A DNA stretch of 64,000 nucleotides from Acidobacteriota bacterium (GCA_965217775.1 CBDCJH010000002.1:6144001-6208000); one strand, 5' to 3'. Positions 38,537-50,425 are shown, counted from the first letter of the stretch. The notes: a model not told the origin generated them from the sequence alone. Translations and numbers: made by a program.

Positions 38537-38777
38537 GCCGAAGAGATTCCAAGATGTATTCTCGATGTCGCGTCGCCAGTTCGGGAATCCCGGAATCGAG
38601 AGAACCCAGGAGTTCGACTACCCGTTGGGCCGGGCGCTGCCGGACGGCGCCGATGCCGAGGAACTGGCGTAGGGTCGACCGCACTATTTGTGAAGGCGTT
38701 AGTTGCAGCTTCCGAGAAGCGAGGGCCACTCCTTCGCTCAGGTCGTCGGGAATACGCCCGGTCAATTTTCGTGACAT
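38526..38777 (-). CDS. CopG/RHH-family antitoxin
   Basis: KLTGRIPDDL...SQIVRSTLRQFL, LLGSLDSGIPELA.RHREY. Confidence 0.75.
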   Translation of the reverse strand: MSRKLTGRIPDDLSEGVALASRKLQLTPSQIVRSTLRQFLGIGAVRQRPAQRVVELLGSLDSGIPELATRHREYILESLRHRV

Positions 38778-38920
38778 GCATTACATTGTAAGGTACGACG
38801 CGGGAGGGGAACTCAACGCCGAATAACGGCGTTGCCCATTACTCTCGCCACCGATTCAATGCGAGGCTGCATTCGGAAGTGGATCGGGCCTGGAAAGGTC
38901 TTTTTCTCAGGAGGAGATTC

Positions 38921-40033
38921 ATGAAAGTCAGCAGAAGGAACTTCGTACGAGCGGCTGCGGTCGCCGGCGTGCTGGAGGGCGCGGGATTGGAACGAACCGT
39001 CTCGGCCGGTTCCGAGGCCGGGCGAATGCGAGTCACCGCCTTCCCGCGCGCCGTCGGGAGGGACCCTTCGCCTTTGTCGAAGGCGGCCCTCCGGCACGTG
39101 CGGCAGATGGGCGTGCAGGACATCCGAATCATCGCGCCGTGGGTGCCCGGCTACGACCGGGACGGCGAGATGGACCTGGAGGAGTTGCTGCGAGTCAAGC
39201 AGCGTGCCGAGAGCGTGGGACTCAAGGTCGGCGCCGTCTATCTGCGCAAGGTGGACACCGCCAACCTGCTCCTGGACCGGCCCGGCTGGAACCGGGAGCT
39301 GGAAAAGATCTCGCGAACCATCGTGACCATGGGAAAGGCGGGAATTCCGGTTCTGGAACACAGCCTTCTGCTCTCCCGGGTCATCCGGGACGTCTTCCAG
39401 CTTCCTCTGCCCGGCTACCGGCACGTTCTCGAGGGCAGGGGCGGCTCCCGAATGTACAGGTTCGACGGGAAGGGAACCGAGGAGCACGGCCGGCCCGCCG
39501 GCTCCGTCTCCTCCGATCAGTTGTGGGAGCGGATCACCCGCTTTCAGGAACACTGCATCCCGGTGGCGTCCGAAGCCCGCGTCCACGTGGCCTGTCACCC
39601 CGATGATCCGCCGTCGGCCCGCTACTGGGGAGTCACCCAGGCCCTCAACAGCAAGGAGGGCCTGGACCGGCTCATCAACATCGTTCCCAGCAAGTACAAC
39701 GGCATCCTTCTCTGTCTGGGGACGATGCAGGAGTCGGGAGCCGACGTCATCGACCTGATCCGCTATTTCGGCGGCAAGAAAAAGATCTTCGACATCGATT
39801 TCCGGGCCGTCCGCGGGACCGTCCCCAACTACGACGAGGTCTTCTTGGACGAGGGGGACCTGGACATGTGGAAGGTGGTCCAGGTGCTCCGGGAGGTAGA
39901 CTATCAGTGGACGCTGGAGCCGGACCACGTCCCCGGCATCACGGCCGAAGGGAAGGGCGACCTGATCTCCTACGCCTGGGCCATTGCGTACATCAAGGCT
40001 CTGATCGACGCCGCCTACGGCGAGAGGGTATGA
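38921..40033 (+). CDS. Mannonate dehydratase (UxuA)-family protein with Tat signal
   Basis: SRRNFV Tat motif; HPDDPP, LCLGT, EVFLDEGDLDM, PDHVP, AIAYIKAL. Confidence 0.85.
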   Translation: MKVSRRNFVRAAAVAGVLEGAGLERTVSAGSEAGRMRVTAFPRAVGRDPSPLSKAALRHVRQMGVQDIRIIAPWVPGYDRDGEMDLEELLRVKQRAESVGLKVGAVYLRKVDTANLLLDRPGWNRELEKISRTIVTMGKAGIPVLEHSLLLSRVIRDVFQLPLPGYRHVLEGRGGSRMYRFDGKGTEEHGRPAGSVSSDQLWERITRFQEHCIPVASEARVHVACHPDDPPSARYWGVTQALNSKEGLDRLINIVPSKYNGILLCLGTMQESGADVIDLIRYFGGKKKIFDIDFRAVRGTVPNYDEVFLDEGDLDMWKVVQVLREVDYQWTLEPDHVPGITAEGKGDLISYAWAIAYIKALIDAAYGERV

Positions 40034-40076
40034 GAACCGGACCCGTCAGTTGGTTTTCTGAACGAGACAGGGGAGG

Positions 40077-41170
<1,094 letters not shown>

Positions 41171-41174
<4 letters not shown>

Positions 41175-41605
41175 TGCATGAACTCCTTGGCCCGCTCGGC
41201 CAGCTCCTCCGGGGTCAGATCCTCCTGGTGAGTGGCGATGCACCAGGTGTTGCCGGCCGGGTCCTGGACGAAGGCGTTGCGGTCCCCGTAGAACATATCC
41301 ACGGGCTCCTGCATGGATGTCGCCCCGGCTGCCAGCGCCTGCGCGTAGGTGGCGTCGGTGTCGGGCACGTAGAGGTAGAGCATGCAGGGAAGTGCGGGGA
41401 ACTCGTCCTGAGCCCGGCCCATCATCACGTACGAATCGCCGATGAGAGCCTCCGCGTGCCCCGTCCGCCCGTCCTGACTGGGGACGCGCTCCTTCTCGGT
41501 AGCGCCGAAAGCCGCCTTGAGGAAATCGAGGAACTGGTCGATGTCGGCAACGACCAGGTACGGTGTCACCGTGTGGAAGCCATCGGGTATCGGATTCACG
41601 GCCAT
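41171..41605 (-). CDS. VOC (glyoxalase/PhnB-like) family protein
   Basis: IPDGFHTVTPYL, HAEALIGDS, DMFYGDR...DPAGNTW. Confidence 0.92.
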
Positions 41606-41781
41606 GGAAGCGTTTTCCTGTTCACGGTTGTGGTGGTGTGGTGTCGACAGGGCACTGAGGGTATCCAACCTTCCGTATCCCAGCAAGGGCGCGTCCAGCA
41701 CCTCCTGCACCCGCGACACTTGAACGAAAATCACCATGTGATTAATGGTCAGGTCGTTTTCGTCATATACTCGGCCACCCT

Positions 41782-44700
41782 GTGAGAGATACCAGTGTAG
41801 TTTCCCTGCTCCTCATCTGTGCCGTCTGGACGGCAGGGTCGGCTGTGGCCCAGAGTCAGGTTGCGGTGTTGGAGGGGACCGTCCGCGAACTCGACGGCAG
41901 TCCCCTGGCGGAGGTCGAGATCCGGGCCCGGCGGACGGAGACCAACGAACTCTTTGTCCTCGAAACCGACGCCTCCGGCGTCTACGGCTGGGAGGGGCTG
42001 CCGGTGGGAGACTACGAAGTGTTGGCCTCCAGGGACCGCTTCGATTCCCAGCGAAGGATACCGGTCCGGCTCCAGGTCGGACAGCGGGTCCGCCTCGATT
42101 TTCGCCTCCGCGCCAGGCGGCCGGGGGAAGCTTCCAAGATATCGGAGGACCTCTCCCAACTCGCCGTCGAGCGGGACGACGTGGGACAGCTCATCGATCG
42201 CAAGCAGTTGCAAAACATGCCTTCCAAGGAACGTAACTTCCGGGATCTGGTTACCCTGGCTCCGGGAGCTGTCGCACAGGGGACGCGGCGCATTCAGGTC
42301 CTGGGAATGAGCTGGAGGGACAACCTGACCTATTTCGACGGGACCCTGGTCACCGGAGGCGACGGGTCCACCAACCTGACCCCGTCGTCGGAAGCGATCC
42401 GGGAATTCGATGTCAAGACCGGCCTCTATTCGGCTCAGTACGGCATTCGCTCCGGCGGCCAGGTGTTGCTGGTGTCCCGGCACGGCGGCAACAGTTTCCA
42501 TGGCGGCCTCTTCTGGTTTCACCGCAACGACAATCTGGATGCGCGCAACTTCTTCGAACAGCGGAAGGCGGAATTCAAACGGAATCAGATGGGGGGCACC
42601 CTGGGAGGTCCCCTTCTCCTGCCCGGTCTGAACCGGGACCGTGCCTGGTTCTTCCTCTCCTATTTGCACTACACCATCCGGGAGACGCTTCCCTTGACCG
42701 CCGTGGTGCCGACGCCGGAAGAACGCGAGGGCCGGTTCGCGGGCTCCATCCTGGATCCGCTGACCGGGAAACCGTTCCCCGGGAATCGAATCCCGGCCAA
42801 CCGAATCGATCCGGTAGCCCGGCAACTGCTCAGTTTCTATCCCCTCCCCAACACTGCCGGACCTCTCAACTTCACGAGTCCCGATTCCAAGCGGCCGCAC
42901 GACAATCGCCAGGTCATCGCCCGCGTCGACCTGCGGACCTCTACGTCCAGCAGTTGGACGTTCCGTTTCGCCGGCGATCGACGGCCCTCGTTCCGGTCCA
43001 GAGTCTTCAGCGTGTTCTCAACCCGGATGCCCCTGGGGAGCTACGGCCAAGCCATCACCAACACCCGGAGGCTCTCCGCAGGATCGGTCAACTATTTCGG
43101 TCTGCACTGGTTCCGGAGACCCTACACGGCCGCGGTGGCCCGGCCCAAGACCGAGGCCGTGAGGCGGTTGGGAATCCCCCAACTGCTGGAGACGGAGATC
43201 GACCGAGACGGCATTCCCCTGGTGTCGATCCAGGGTTATACGGGCTTCGGTGACCTCCAGAGGATCGGACCCGTCATCGTGGGCAACTGGCAGTTGAAGG
43301 ACGATCTGGCGCTTCAACGTGGGCACCACTCGATCCAGATGGGCGTGGAGTTCCGGCAGAATTACAATTTTTTCGGGCTGCAGGGACGGTCTCAGTTCGA
43401 TTTCTACGATCGCTACACCGGAAACGGGCTTGCCGACTTCCTGTTGGGTTATCCGGCCAGGACCCTGCTGGGAGGCGAGGAACGCCGGGGCAGCTATCAC
43501 CAGAACAGCATCTACAGCTACCTGCAGGACCGATGGCGCATCACGCCGGCGTTGGCCCTGACCCTGGGCCTCCGGTACGAATGGAGATACCCATGGCGGG
43601 ACAAGCGGGGATTCATGGGCAACTTCGATCCCGTCTCGGGAGAACTCTTTCCGCCTCTCCTGGACCTGGAACTGGCCCCGGGGGAAACGGGCCGCTTCCG
43701 TCCCAATTATCCGCTGGTGGAATGGCGGCCCTGGGAGGGCCTCCTGCCCCGGCTGGGAATGGCTCTGCGGCTGGGCCAGTCCTCGGTGCTCCATCTGGGA
43801 CTCGGGCTCTATTCCAATGAGACGGATCTCTCGATGATTCAAGGATTGGGAAAGAATCCCCGGCCCGGGTCCCGGCTTCTGACCTTCAACGGCCCGCTGG
43901 AGAGTCCCGGGTTGACCCTCTCCGATCCCTTTCCTGCCGCGCTGGCCAGTTCAGCCGTTCCCACCCTGACGGGACACGTGACGCCCACGCCACTGCCCCG
44001 GACCCGTACCTGGGGACTTTCGCTGCAGCACCGCTGGACCCCCGAGCTGATACTGGACATGGGTTACCAGAACTCGAGAACCGGCGGGCGGCTGGAGACG
44101 GTCTCCTTCAACGACGCCGTGCCCGGCAGCGGCGACCGGCAATCCCGGCGCCCCTTTCCGGAGCTGCAATCGGTCCTGTTCACGGCGGCCCTTGCCGACG
44201 CCTGGTATCACAGCTCCTTCCTCCAGTTGGAAAAGCGGCCGGGTCCCGACGGGCTCCGCTTGCTGGGGTCCTTTTCCTGGGCGAGCCTGATCGACACGGG
44301 GGGTGGAGACCAGGGGAACCAGAGCAACCTGCTGCTTCGGTCCATCAACCTGTCGCCGGAACTGAATCGAGGTGTGGCGAACTCCCAGATCAAGAAGCGT
44401 GTCCTCCTGTCAGGCAGCTACGACCTCCCCTTCGGTCCCAGGAGGCAATTCGCGCGGACCGGATGGGCGGGACGAATCCTGGGTGGCTGGTCGCTCCATG
44501 GTATTTCCACCTTCCAGGACGGCGCCTGGTTCACCGTCTATCTGCCCGGCGACCCGCTCGACACCGGGTCCCATTACTCCCAGTGGCCCGATCGCCTCCG
44601 CGAGGCCAATCTGCCGCCGTCGCAGCGGCATCCACAGCGCTGGTTCGACACCACCGCCTTCATCCGGCCGGAGGGATTTCGCTACGGGAACGGCGGACGC

Positions 44701-44937
44701 AACACCATCGAAGGTCCCGGGGTCGTCAATCTCGACGTCTCCCTCCGCCGGGTCTTGCAAGTTCGGGACGAGGAGACGCTCGAGGTGAGGCTGGAGGCGT
44801 TCAACAGCCTCAACCGCGCCAACTTCAACCCCCGGACCCGGGACGGGATCACCCAGTTTGGAACTCCCGAATTCGGAGTCCTGGGCCGGGCTCTTGCCGG
44901 ACGCCAACTCCAACTGGCGCTCAAATACTCGTTCTAG
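41782..44937 (+). CDS. TonB-dependent receptor with N-terminal carboxypeptidase-regulatory-like domain (Acidobacteria type)
   Basis: Signal peptide, RNDNLDARNFF, RNQMGGTLGGP, GLRYE, GRNTIEGPG, QLQLALKYSF with terminal Phe. Confidence 0.93.
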   Translation: MRDTSVVSLLLICAVWTAGSAVAQSQVAVLEGTVRELDGSPLAEVEIRARRTETNELFVLETDASGVYGWEGLPVGDYEVLASRDRFDSQRRIPVRLQVGQRVRLDFRLRARRPGEASKISEDLSQLAVERDDVGQLIDRKQLQNMPSKERNFRDLVTLAPGAVAQGTRRIQVLGMSWRDNLTYFDGTLVTGGDGSTNLTPSSEAIREFDVKTGLYSAQYGIRSGGQVLLVSRHGGNSFHGGLFWFHRNDNLDARNFFEQRKAEFKRNQMGGTLGGPLLLPGLNRDRAWFFLSYLHYTIRETLPLTAVVPTPEEREGRFAGSILDPLTGKPFPGNRIPANRIDPVARQLLSFYPLPNTAGPLNFTSPDSKRPHDNRQVIARVDLRTSTSSSWTFRFAGDRRPSFRSRVFSVFSTRMPLGSYGQAITNTRRLSAGSVNYFGLHWFRRPYTAAVARPKTEAVRRLGIPQLLETEIDRDGIPLVSIQGYTGFGDLQRIGPVIVGNWQLKDDLALQRGHHSIQMGVEFRQNYNFFGLQGRSQFDFYDRYTGNGLADFLLGYPARTLLGGEERRGSYHQNSIYSYLQDRWRITPALALTLGLRYEWRYPWRDKRGFMGNFDPVSGELFPPLLDLELAPGETGRFRPNYPLVEWRPWEGLLPRLGMALRLGQSSVLHLGLGLYSNETDLSMIQGLGKNPRPGSRLLTFNGPLESPGLTLSDPFPAALASSAVPTLTGHVTPTPLPRTRTWGLSLQHRWTPELILDMGYQNSRTGGRLETVSFNDAVPGSGDRQSRRPFPELQSVLFTAALADAWYHSSFLQLEKRPGPDGLRLLGSFSWASLIDTGGGDQGNQSNLLLRSINLSPELNRGVANSQIKKRVLLSGSYDLPFGPRRQFARTGWAGRILGGWSLHGISTFQDGAWFTVYLPGDPLDTGSHYSQWPDRLREANLPPSQRHPQRWFDTTAFIRPEGFRYGNGGRNTIEGPGVVNLDVSLRRVLQVRDEETLEVRLEAFNSLNRANFNPRTRDGITQFGTPEFGVLGRALAGRQLQLALKYSF

Positions 44938-44940
44938 GAA

Positions 44941-45000
44941 GGGGGACATTCCTGTCCCCCACAGGCGCAAGATTCGGGGGTTGAAAACCCCCGCTCCCAT
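44941..45000. repeat. REP-like hairpin doublet, may also act as terminator
   Basis: GGGGGACA-TTCC-TGTCCCCC (44941-44960) and CGGGGGTT-GAA-AACCCCCG (44975-44993), followed by a T-rich tract. Confidence 0.65.
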
Positions 45001-45089
45001 CCTTTTTCTTCCGGGATTTTGCGGAATCCCGACCGGTGGCGGAGCGTCTGAGAGACAAGAGAGAGTTCGTGTGCAGCTACCCCACCGGG

Positions 45090-45368
45090 CTAAACCAATT
45101 CGATATTCACACGTCGTCCGACGATCGCCGCGGCCCGCTGGAGGCTGGAGAGTGTAATGTCGTCGTTCGGATCGAGCAGACGGTCCACCTGGGAACGGCT
45201 GGTCTTGAGCAGCCTGGCCATCTTGCTCTTGGAGAGATTCCTGCTCTTCATGGCGCCGGCTAGTTGCTACGCGACAACCTCTTTAATCGCCTGCGTTTGA
45301 GCTTCATCGAAGGTGCCTTCTTCTCTGAGAAAATCGTCAAGGCTCGATCCCATGTGTTTCTCGCTCAT
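45090..45368 (-). pseudogene. XRE/HigA-like antitoxin with one in-frame TAG; preceded by the C-terminal stump of a RelE/HigB-like toxin
   Basis: MSEKHMGSSLDDFLREEG...AIKEVVA*QLAGAMKSRNLSKSKMARLLKTSRSQVDRLLDP...LV; TAG at 45267-45269; upstream frame ends ARNRRKELER* overlapping ATGA. Confidence 0.8.
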
Positions 45369-45734
45369 CGTTCCAACTCCTTCCGGCGGTTGCGCGCGGT
45401 GGCCCCTGTTTTCAGTGGTTTCTCGAACCTCCCGTCTCTTCAGTGGCAATTCACGGCAAAGTGTATTGTAAAAGGTGCACCCTGCCGGGCAGACCGAAAA
45501 GTCCGACATTCTCAATGGACATTTACAGGAGTTGAGGGGATTCCGCGGGGTGTTCACCTGAACTTCCCGTTTCCCGGCGGTTGCGCTATGCTCTCCATTC
45601 GTCTGAAACACCCCTTTTGCATCGCTTTCGGGGGCACGTTGAAGGTCTCGGACAACAGCCATAGGAGCTGGGAATTCAAGTCGTTTCAGGCGCAGTGATA
45701 CAGCTTCTTCGAGTGCTACTGGATCGATCGGAAC

Positions 45735-46154
45735 GTGGCCGTACTGGAGATCAACAAGCATCCTTCGAACCGTGAGCTCCGCCAGTTCGCGGGCATCGGA
45801 TGGCCCATTTTCTGCGGTCTCCTGGGCGCGTGGAGGGTCTACGGTTCCGGTGATTGGACCCTGGCGGGAATCATCTGGTCGCTGGGTGTCCTGGGAGCCG
45901 TCGTCGGATGGCTGAGGCCCGCCTGGGTGCGGCCGGTCTTCGTGGGTTGGATGTACGCCGTGTTTCCCATCGGCTGGACCGTCTCCCATCTGGTCCTGGC
46001 CGTCATCTATTTCCTCATCCTCACTCCCATCGGACTCGTGGTACGCTGGTTCCGGCCCGACCCGCTGGGGTTGAAGTTGGACCGGAAACGAGACACCTAT
46101 TGGGTTCAACATGACCCCGGCCACGATCCGAAGCGTTACTTTCGACAATTCTGA
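45735..46154 (+). CDS. SxtJ-family membrane protein
   Basis: RELRQFA, WM...FPIGW.VS...YFLILTPIG, DPL, YW, RYFRQF end. Confidence 0.85.
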   Translation: MAVLEINKHPSNRELRQFAGIGWPIFCGLLGAWRVYGSGDWTLAGIIWSLGVLGAVVGWLRPAWVRPVFVGWMYAVFPIGWTVSHLVLAVIYFLILTPIGLVVRWFRPDPLGLKLDRKRDTYWVQHDPGHDPKRYFRQF

Positions 46155-46176
46155 GAGAGGTTCCAGGAGCGACCCC

Positions 46177-46383
46177 GTGACGAACGAAGGCTCATCCGAG
46201 GTTTCGCGATTCCGCCAGGACGCCGAACGGCCCCAGACCGGAATCGTCCGGGAATTCTGGGACTTCCTGCGCCACAACAAGAAGTGGTGGCTGACCCCCA
46301 TCATCGTCGTGCTGTTGCTGCTGGGGATCCTGATCGTGCTTTCGGGATCGGCGGCGGCTCCATTCATCTACACTCTTTTCTAA
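46177..46383 (+). CDS. DUF5989 (SxtK-like) small membrane protein
   Basis: [18 protein letters not shown]...AAPFIYTLF. Confidence 0.88.
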   Translation: MTNEGSSEVSRFRQDAERPQTGIVREFWDFLRHNKKWWLTPIIVVLLLLGILIVLSGSAAAPFIYTLF

Positions 46384-46396
46384 CGGGGCCGAGACC

Positions 46397-47440
46397 ATGA
46401 ACAACTATCCGAAGCTTCACAACGCCGGCTGGCCGGGAGTCGTGGGGAAGGGGCCGGACGCCGAGGAGCCCTTCATCGATCTGGAGACTATGTTGGAGTG
46501 GACGGCGGCGGGCGAGGTGGACGGCGTCCGGTTCGACGGGGTCGACCTCTTCCTGAGCGCTCCCCACGTGGACATCGACTCCACCGACGATGACCTGAAG
46601 AGATTGGCCGAGAAGGTCCAATCGCTGGGCCTGGTCATCGGAAGCGTCGTGGCCCCGGTGTGGCCGCCCACCGGCGGCGGATCGGCCATGGGGGACGAGG
46701 CCGAACGGGGACGGTTCCTGAGCATGGTCGAGAAAGCTTGTGCCATTGCCCGGCGGCTCCGGGAATTGGGAGTGCGCCCCTACGGCGTGGTCCGCATCGA
46801 TTCCTCGGTGGATCCGGGGACCTGGGCGGCCGACCCGGAGGGAAACACCAAGCGCATCGCCGAGACCTTCCGGGAAGCGTGCGCCCGGGCCGGGGATCAG
46901 GGTGAGCTCCTGGCGGCCGAGGGAGAGATCTGCTGGGGTGGGATGCATAGTTGGAAGGAGATGCTGAAGCTCCTGGAACTGGTCGACCGGCCCGAGATTC
47001 TGGGCTTTCAGGCCGACATGGCTCACACCTTGCTCTATCTGCTGGGTGTCAACGCGGAGAACGACGGGATCCTGCCGGCGGACTTCGACTGGCAGGACCA
47101 GGAGGCTTTCCAGCAGGCCTACCGGACCCTGACCGACAGCCTCCGACCCTGGACCATCGATTTCCACGTGGCCCAGAACGACGCCACGGTCAAGGGCTCC
47201 GGCTCCCACGACAAGACGGGCCGCCACTGCCTGCCTGCCGACCCCAACGGCAAGCTGGACATCGTATGGGCGGCCGGGCACTGGCTTCGGGACTCCGGTG
47301 GCGAAGTCACTCGAACCTGCCGGCACATCTGTTGGGACGGCTGCATGTTCCCCAACCGGGTCATGTCGGACCCGGGAACCTGGAACCAGATTCTCTCCAG
47401 CATGATCCAGGTTCGCGATGCTCACGGTTGGGAGGAGTGA
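46397..47440 (+). CDS. Sugar phosphate isomerase/epimerase (xylose isomerase-like TIM barrel)
   Basis: [31 protein letters not shown]. Confidence 0.85.
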   Translation: MNNYPKLHNAGWPGVVGKGPDAEEPFIDLETMLEWTAAGEVDGVRFDGVDLFLSAPHVDIDSTDDDLKRLAEKVQSLGLVIGSVVAPVWPPTGGGSAMGDEAERGRFLSMVEKACAIARRLRELGVRPYGVVRIDSSVDPGTWAADPEGNTKRIAETFREACARAGDQGELLAAEGEICWGGMHSWKEMLKLLELVDRPEILGFQADMAHTLLYLLGVNAENDGILPADFDWQDQEAFQQAYRTLTDSLRPWTIDFHVAQNDATVKGSGSHDKTGRHCLPADPNGKLDIVWAAGHWLRDSGGEVTRTCRHICWDGCMFPNRVMSDPGTWNQILSSMIQVRDAHGWEE

Positions 47441-47458
47441 GCCGGCCTCGGGACTGAA

Positions 47459-48433
47459 ATGGCTCGACACGAGTCGCTACTTCCCTCCGCCGTAGAGGCC
47501 ATCGGCCGGACTCCCCTGGTCGAGCTCTCCCGGATCACGAACGACGTTCAGGGACGGATTCTGGCCAAGCTGGACCACCTCAATCCCGGTTTCTCCAAGA
47601 AGGACCGGATCGCGCGGCAGATCATCGAGGATGCCGAAGCCGGTGGCGAGATCAGCCCGGGTCAGACGGTGATCGAGCTCACCAGCGGGAACACCGGAAC
47701 CGGTCTCGCCATCGTCTGCGGACTCAAGGGCTATCCTTTCGTGGCGGTCATGTCCAAGGGGAACTCGGGGGAGCGGGCGCGCATGATGAGGTCCCTGGGC
47801 GCGGAAGTGGTCCTGGTGGACCAGCTTCCCGATTCGGTTCCGGGACAGGTCTCGGGTGGAGATCTGGAACTGGTGGAGCAGACCACTCGCGAACTGGTGC
47901 GGGAGCGCCGGGCGTTTCGTGCCGATCAGTTTCTGCACCGGGGGAACTTCCGGGCCCACTACCTGAATACCGGCCCCGAGTTCCTGCGGCAGTCCGCCCA
48001 TTCGATCCAGGCCTTCTGCGATTTCGTGGGCAGCGGGGGCACGTTTGCCGGCTGTGCGGCGGCGTTCAAGGAATATGACTCGGGGATCCAGTGCTACGTG
48101 GTGGAGCCGGAAGGGGCCGCGATCCTGGCCGGCCAGGAGGCCGGGCGGCCGGGACACCGGATTCAGGGCGGCGGCTACTCGATGGCCAATCTGGCCTGCA
48201 TCGATCGGGGCCACGTGGACGGCTATCTGCAGGTTTCCGACGATGAGGCGATCCGGATGGCCCGCCGCCTGGCCCGGGAGGAAGGCATCTTCGCCGGTTT
48301 CTCCAGCGGCGCCAACCTGGCCGGAGCCCTGCAACTGCTGGACGGGCCTTGCGCCGGCGAGACGGTGGCCATCATGATCTGTGATTCGGGATTGAAGTAC
48401 CTGAGCACGGACCTTTGGGAAGATGAGGAATAA
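47459..48433 (+). CDS. PLP-dependent cysteine synthase family protein
   Basis: IGRTPLV, NPGFSKKDRIA, TSGNTG, GSGGT, IQGGG, GFSSGAN, DSGLKYLST. Confidence 0.9.
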   Translation: MARHESLLPSAVEAIGRTPLVELSRITNDVQGRILAKLDHLNPGFSKKDRIARQIIEDAEAGGEISPGQTVIELTSGNTGTGLAIVCGLKGYPFVAVMSKGNSGERARMMRSLGAEVVLVDQLPDSVPGQVSGGDLELVEQTTRELVRERRAFRADQFLHRGNFRAHYLNTGPEFLRQSAHSIQAFCDFVGSGGTFAGCAAAFKEYDSGIQCYVVEPEGAAILAGQEAGRPGHRIQGGGYSMANLACIDRGHVDGYLQVSDDEAIRMARRLAREEGIFAGFSSGANLAGALQLLDGPCAGETVAIMICDSGLKYLSTDLWEDEE

Positions 48434-48442
48434 GGAGGGGAG

Positions 48443-49282
48443 ATGAGAACATCCAGGCGCGGACTCTTTCGGCTCGGTGTGGCGGCGGCTTCCGGGGGAA
48501 TCTTTGCCGGCCGGACTCGGGTGGCGCGCGCGAAGAAGCGGGCCTTGAAGTTGGGGGTGGCCAGTTATTCGCTGCGGAACATCCCCCGTCCCGGAGCCAT
48601 CGAAATGGTACGGGAATTGGGGACGCCATACATCAACATCAAGTCCTTTCACATCCCCTATGAGACTTCAAAGGACGGGCGGGCCCGGGCTCGGGCTGAG
48701 ATCGAAAAGTCCGGTCTCCGGATCGTCGGTGGGGGGGTCGTCCACTTCAAGGAGGACACGGACGACGCCGTGGAGTTCTTCTTCGAGTACGCTAAACAGT
48801 GCGGCATGCCTCTGATGGCGATCGCTCCCACGGCTCAGGTCATGCCGCGGGTGGAGAAATTCGTCAAGCGTTACGGCATCGCCGTGGCCATCCACAATCA
48901 CGGCCCCGAGGACCAGCATTTCCCGGCGCCGTCCGACGGGCTCAAGGTGATCAAGGGAATGGACCCCCGGGTGGGATTGTGCGTCGACGTGGGCCACACG
49001 GCCCGCACCGGGGTCGACGTGGTGGAAGCGATCCGGGAAGCGGGCAGCCGAATTCTGGACATGCACATGAAGGACCTGAGGGATTTCACGGACCACAGGA
49101 GCCAGTGCATCGTGGGTCAGGGCAAGATGCCGGTGGCCGACATCTTCCGGGAATTGATCCGCATGGGCTATGCGGGCCACGTCAACCTGGAATACGAGAT
49201 CGAACCGGACAACCCCCTGCCGGGCATGAAGCAGTCCTTCGCCTATATGCGAGGGGTCCTGGACGGTCTGGCCGGGTCCTGA
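48443..49282 (+). CDS. Sugar phosphate isomerase/epimerase with Tat-like signal
   Basis: SRRGLF, LGVASYSLR, IHNHGPED, DVGH, HMKD, LEYE. Confidence 0.88.
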   Translation: MRTSRRGLFRLGVAAASGGIFAGRTRVARAKKRALKLGVASYSLRNIPRPGAIEMVRELGTPYINIKSFHIPYETSKDGRARARAEIEKSGLRIVGGGVVHFKEDTDDAVEFFFEYAKQCGMPLMAIAPTAQVMPRVEKFVKRYGIAVAIHNHGPEDQHFPAPSDGLKVIKGMDPRVGLCVDVGHTARTGVDVVEAIREAGSRILDMHMKDLRDFTDHRSQCIVGQGKMPVADIFRELIRMGYAGHVNLEYEIEPDNPLPGMKQSFAYMRGVLDGLAGS

Positions 49283-49309
49283 TGCGCCCTTGCGCAGGAT
49301 CCGAGAAGT

Positions 49310-50425
49310 TCAGTCGATCCTGTCGAAGATCCCGACGAAGGTGGGCTTTTCGCTCGTGGGAACCGGGTCTCCGATCCGGGTCAGAAGACCGTCGGAGCCG
49401 ATCCGGAAGATGAGGATGGAATCCGCGTCCTGATTCGCCACCAGCAACAGCCGGCCGCTGGAATCGATAGCGAAGTTCCGGGGAATCCGGATCAACCCGT
49501 CCGCCTGCTCCCACCCGACCCGCTCCAGCCGTCCGGTCTCGGAATCCACACGGAAGATGACGATGCTGTCGTGTCCCCGGTTGGAGGCATAGACGAAACC
49601 TCCCGACGGGGAAACCAGGATGTGGGCGCCGGTGTTTCCGCTGCGGTCGAACCCGGAGGGCAGCGAGTCCACGGTCTCCCGGCCGGAGAGTCGGCCGGTG
49701 GCTGCGTCGTAGCGCCAGGAGTGGACCGTGCTGTTGGTCTCGTTGACGGCGTAGGCGAAGCGGCCGCTGGGATGAAACGCCATGTGTCGGGGACCGGCCC
49801 CCTGGTCGGTGGGGGCCACCGCAGGTTCATTCGGTTCCAGCCGGCCCGACTCGGCGTCGAAGCGGAACTGGGCAATGTAGTCGGAGTTGGTGCAGGGCAC
49901 GAAGTAGTAGTTCCCGCCAGGGTCTGCCTGGACCATGTGGGTCTTCTTTCCCACCTTCCGCGTCTGGAGGGGATTCCCCGCGGCGCCGTCGGGTCCCAAG
50001 GGCAGAATCGAGACGTAACCGGCCCCGGAGTGATAGTGAACCGCGAGCAGCCAGCGCCCTGAAGAGTGGACGTGGAGGTGAGGAGGCGATCCGGGCCCGA
50101 CTGGGGTCCGCGAAATTCGCCGCAGGCTGCGGTCCCCGTTCTCGATGGCCAGAGAGACCACGTGCGGCGGCTCCAGACGGTCCAGGGCATACAGGAATTT
50201 CCCGTTGGGATGCCGCGTCACGTAAGGAAAGCTGCCCGAGTCTTCGGTGGGCCGCAGGGCCCCGGAGCCCCGCTTCTCCAGGGCTCCCCGATTCAGGTCC
50301 AGAGTATGGATGTCGATCCGGCTGCTTCCGCCGGCCACGTAGACGACCGGGTCCGGGTTTCGAGCCATCCCCGCATGAGTCAAGGCAAGGACCATGAGGC
50401 AGTATCCAAGGTGTTTTTTAGCCAT
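49310..50425 (-). CDS. Lactonase family beta-propeller (6-phosphogluconolactonase-like)
   Basis: GPRHMAFHP, YAVNE, YASNRGHDSI, PRNFAID, VANQD; signal peptide. Confidence 0.9.
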   Translation of the reverse strand: MAKKHLGYCLMVLALTHAGMARNPDPVVYVAGGSSRIDIHTLDLNRGALEKRGSGALRPTEDSGSFPYVTRHPNGKFLYALDRLEPPHVVSLAIENGDRSLRRISRTPVGPGSPPHLHVHSSGRWLLAVHYHSGAGYVSILPLGPDGAAGNPLQTRKVGKKTHMVQADPGGNYYFVPCTNSDYIAQFRFDAESGRLEPNEPAVAPTDQGAGPRHMAFHPSGRFAYAVNETNSTVHSWRYDAATGRLSGRETVDSLPSGFDRSGNTGAHILVSPSGGFVYASNRGHDSIVIFRVDSETGRLERVGWEQADGLIRIPRNFAIDSSGRLLLVANQDADSILIFRIGSDGLLTRIGDPVPTSEKPTFVGIFDRID

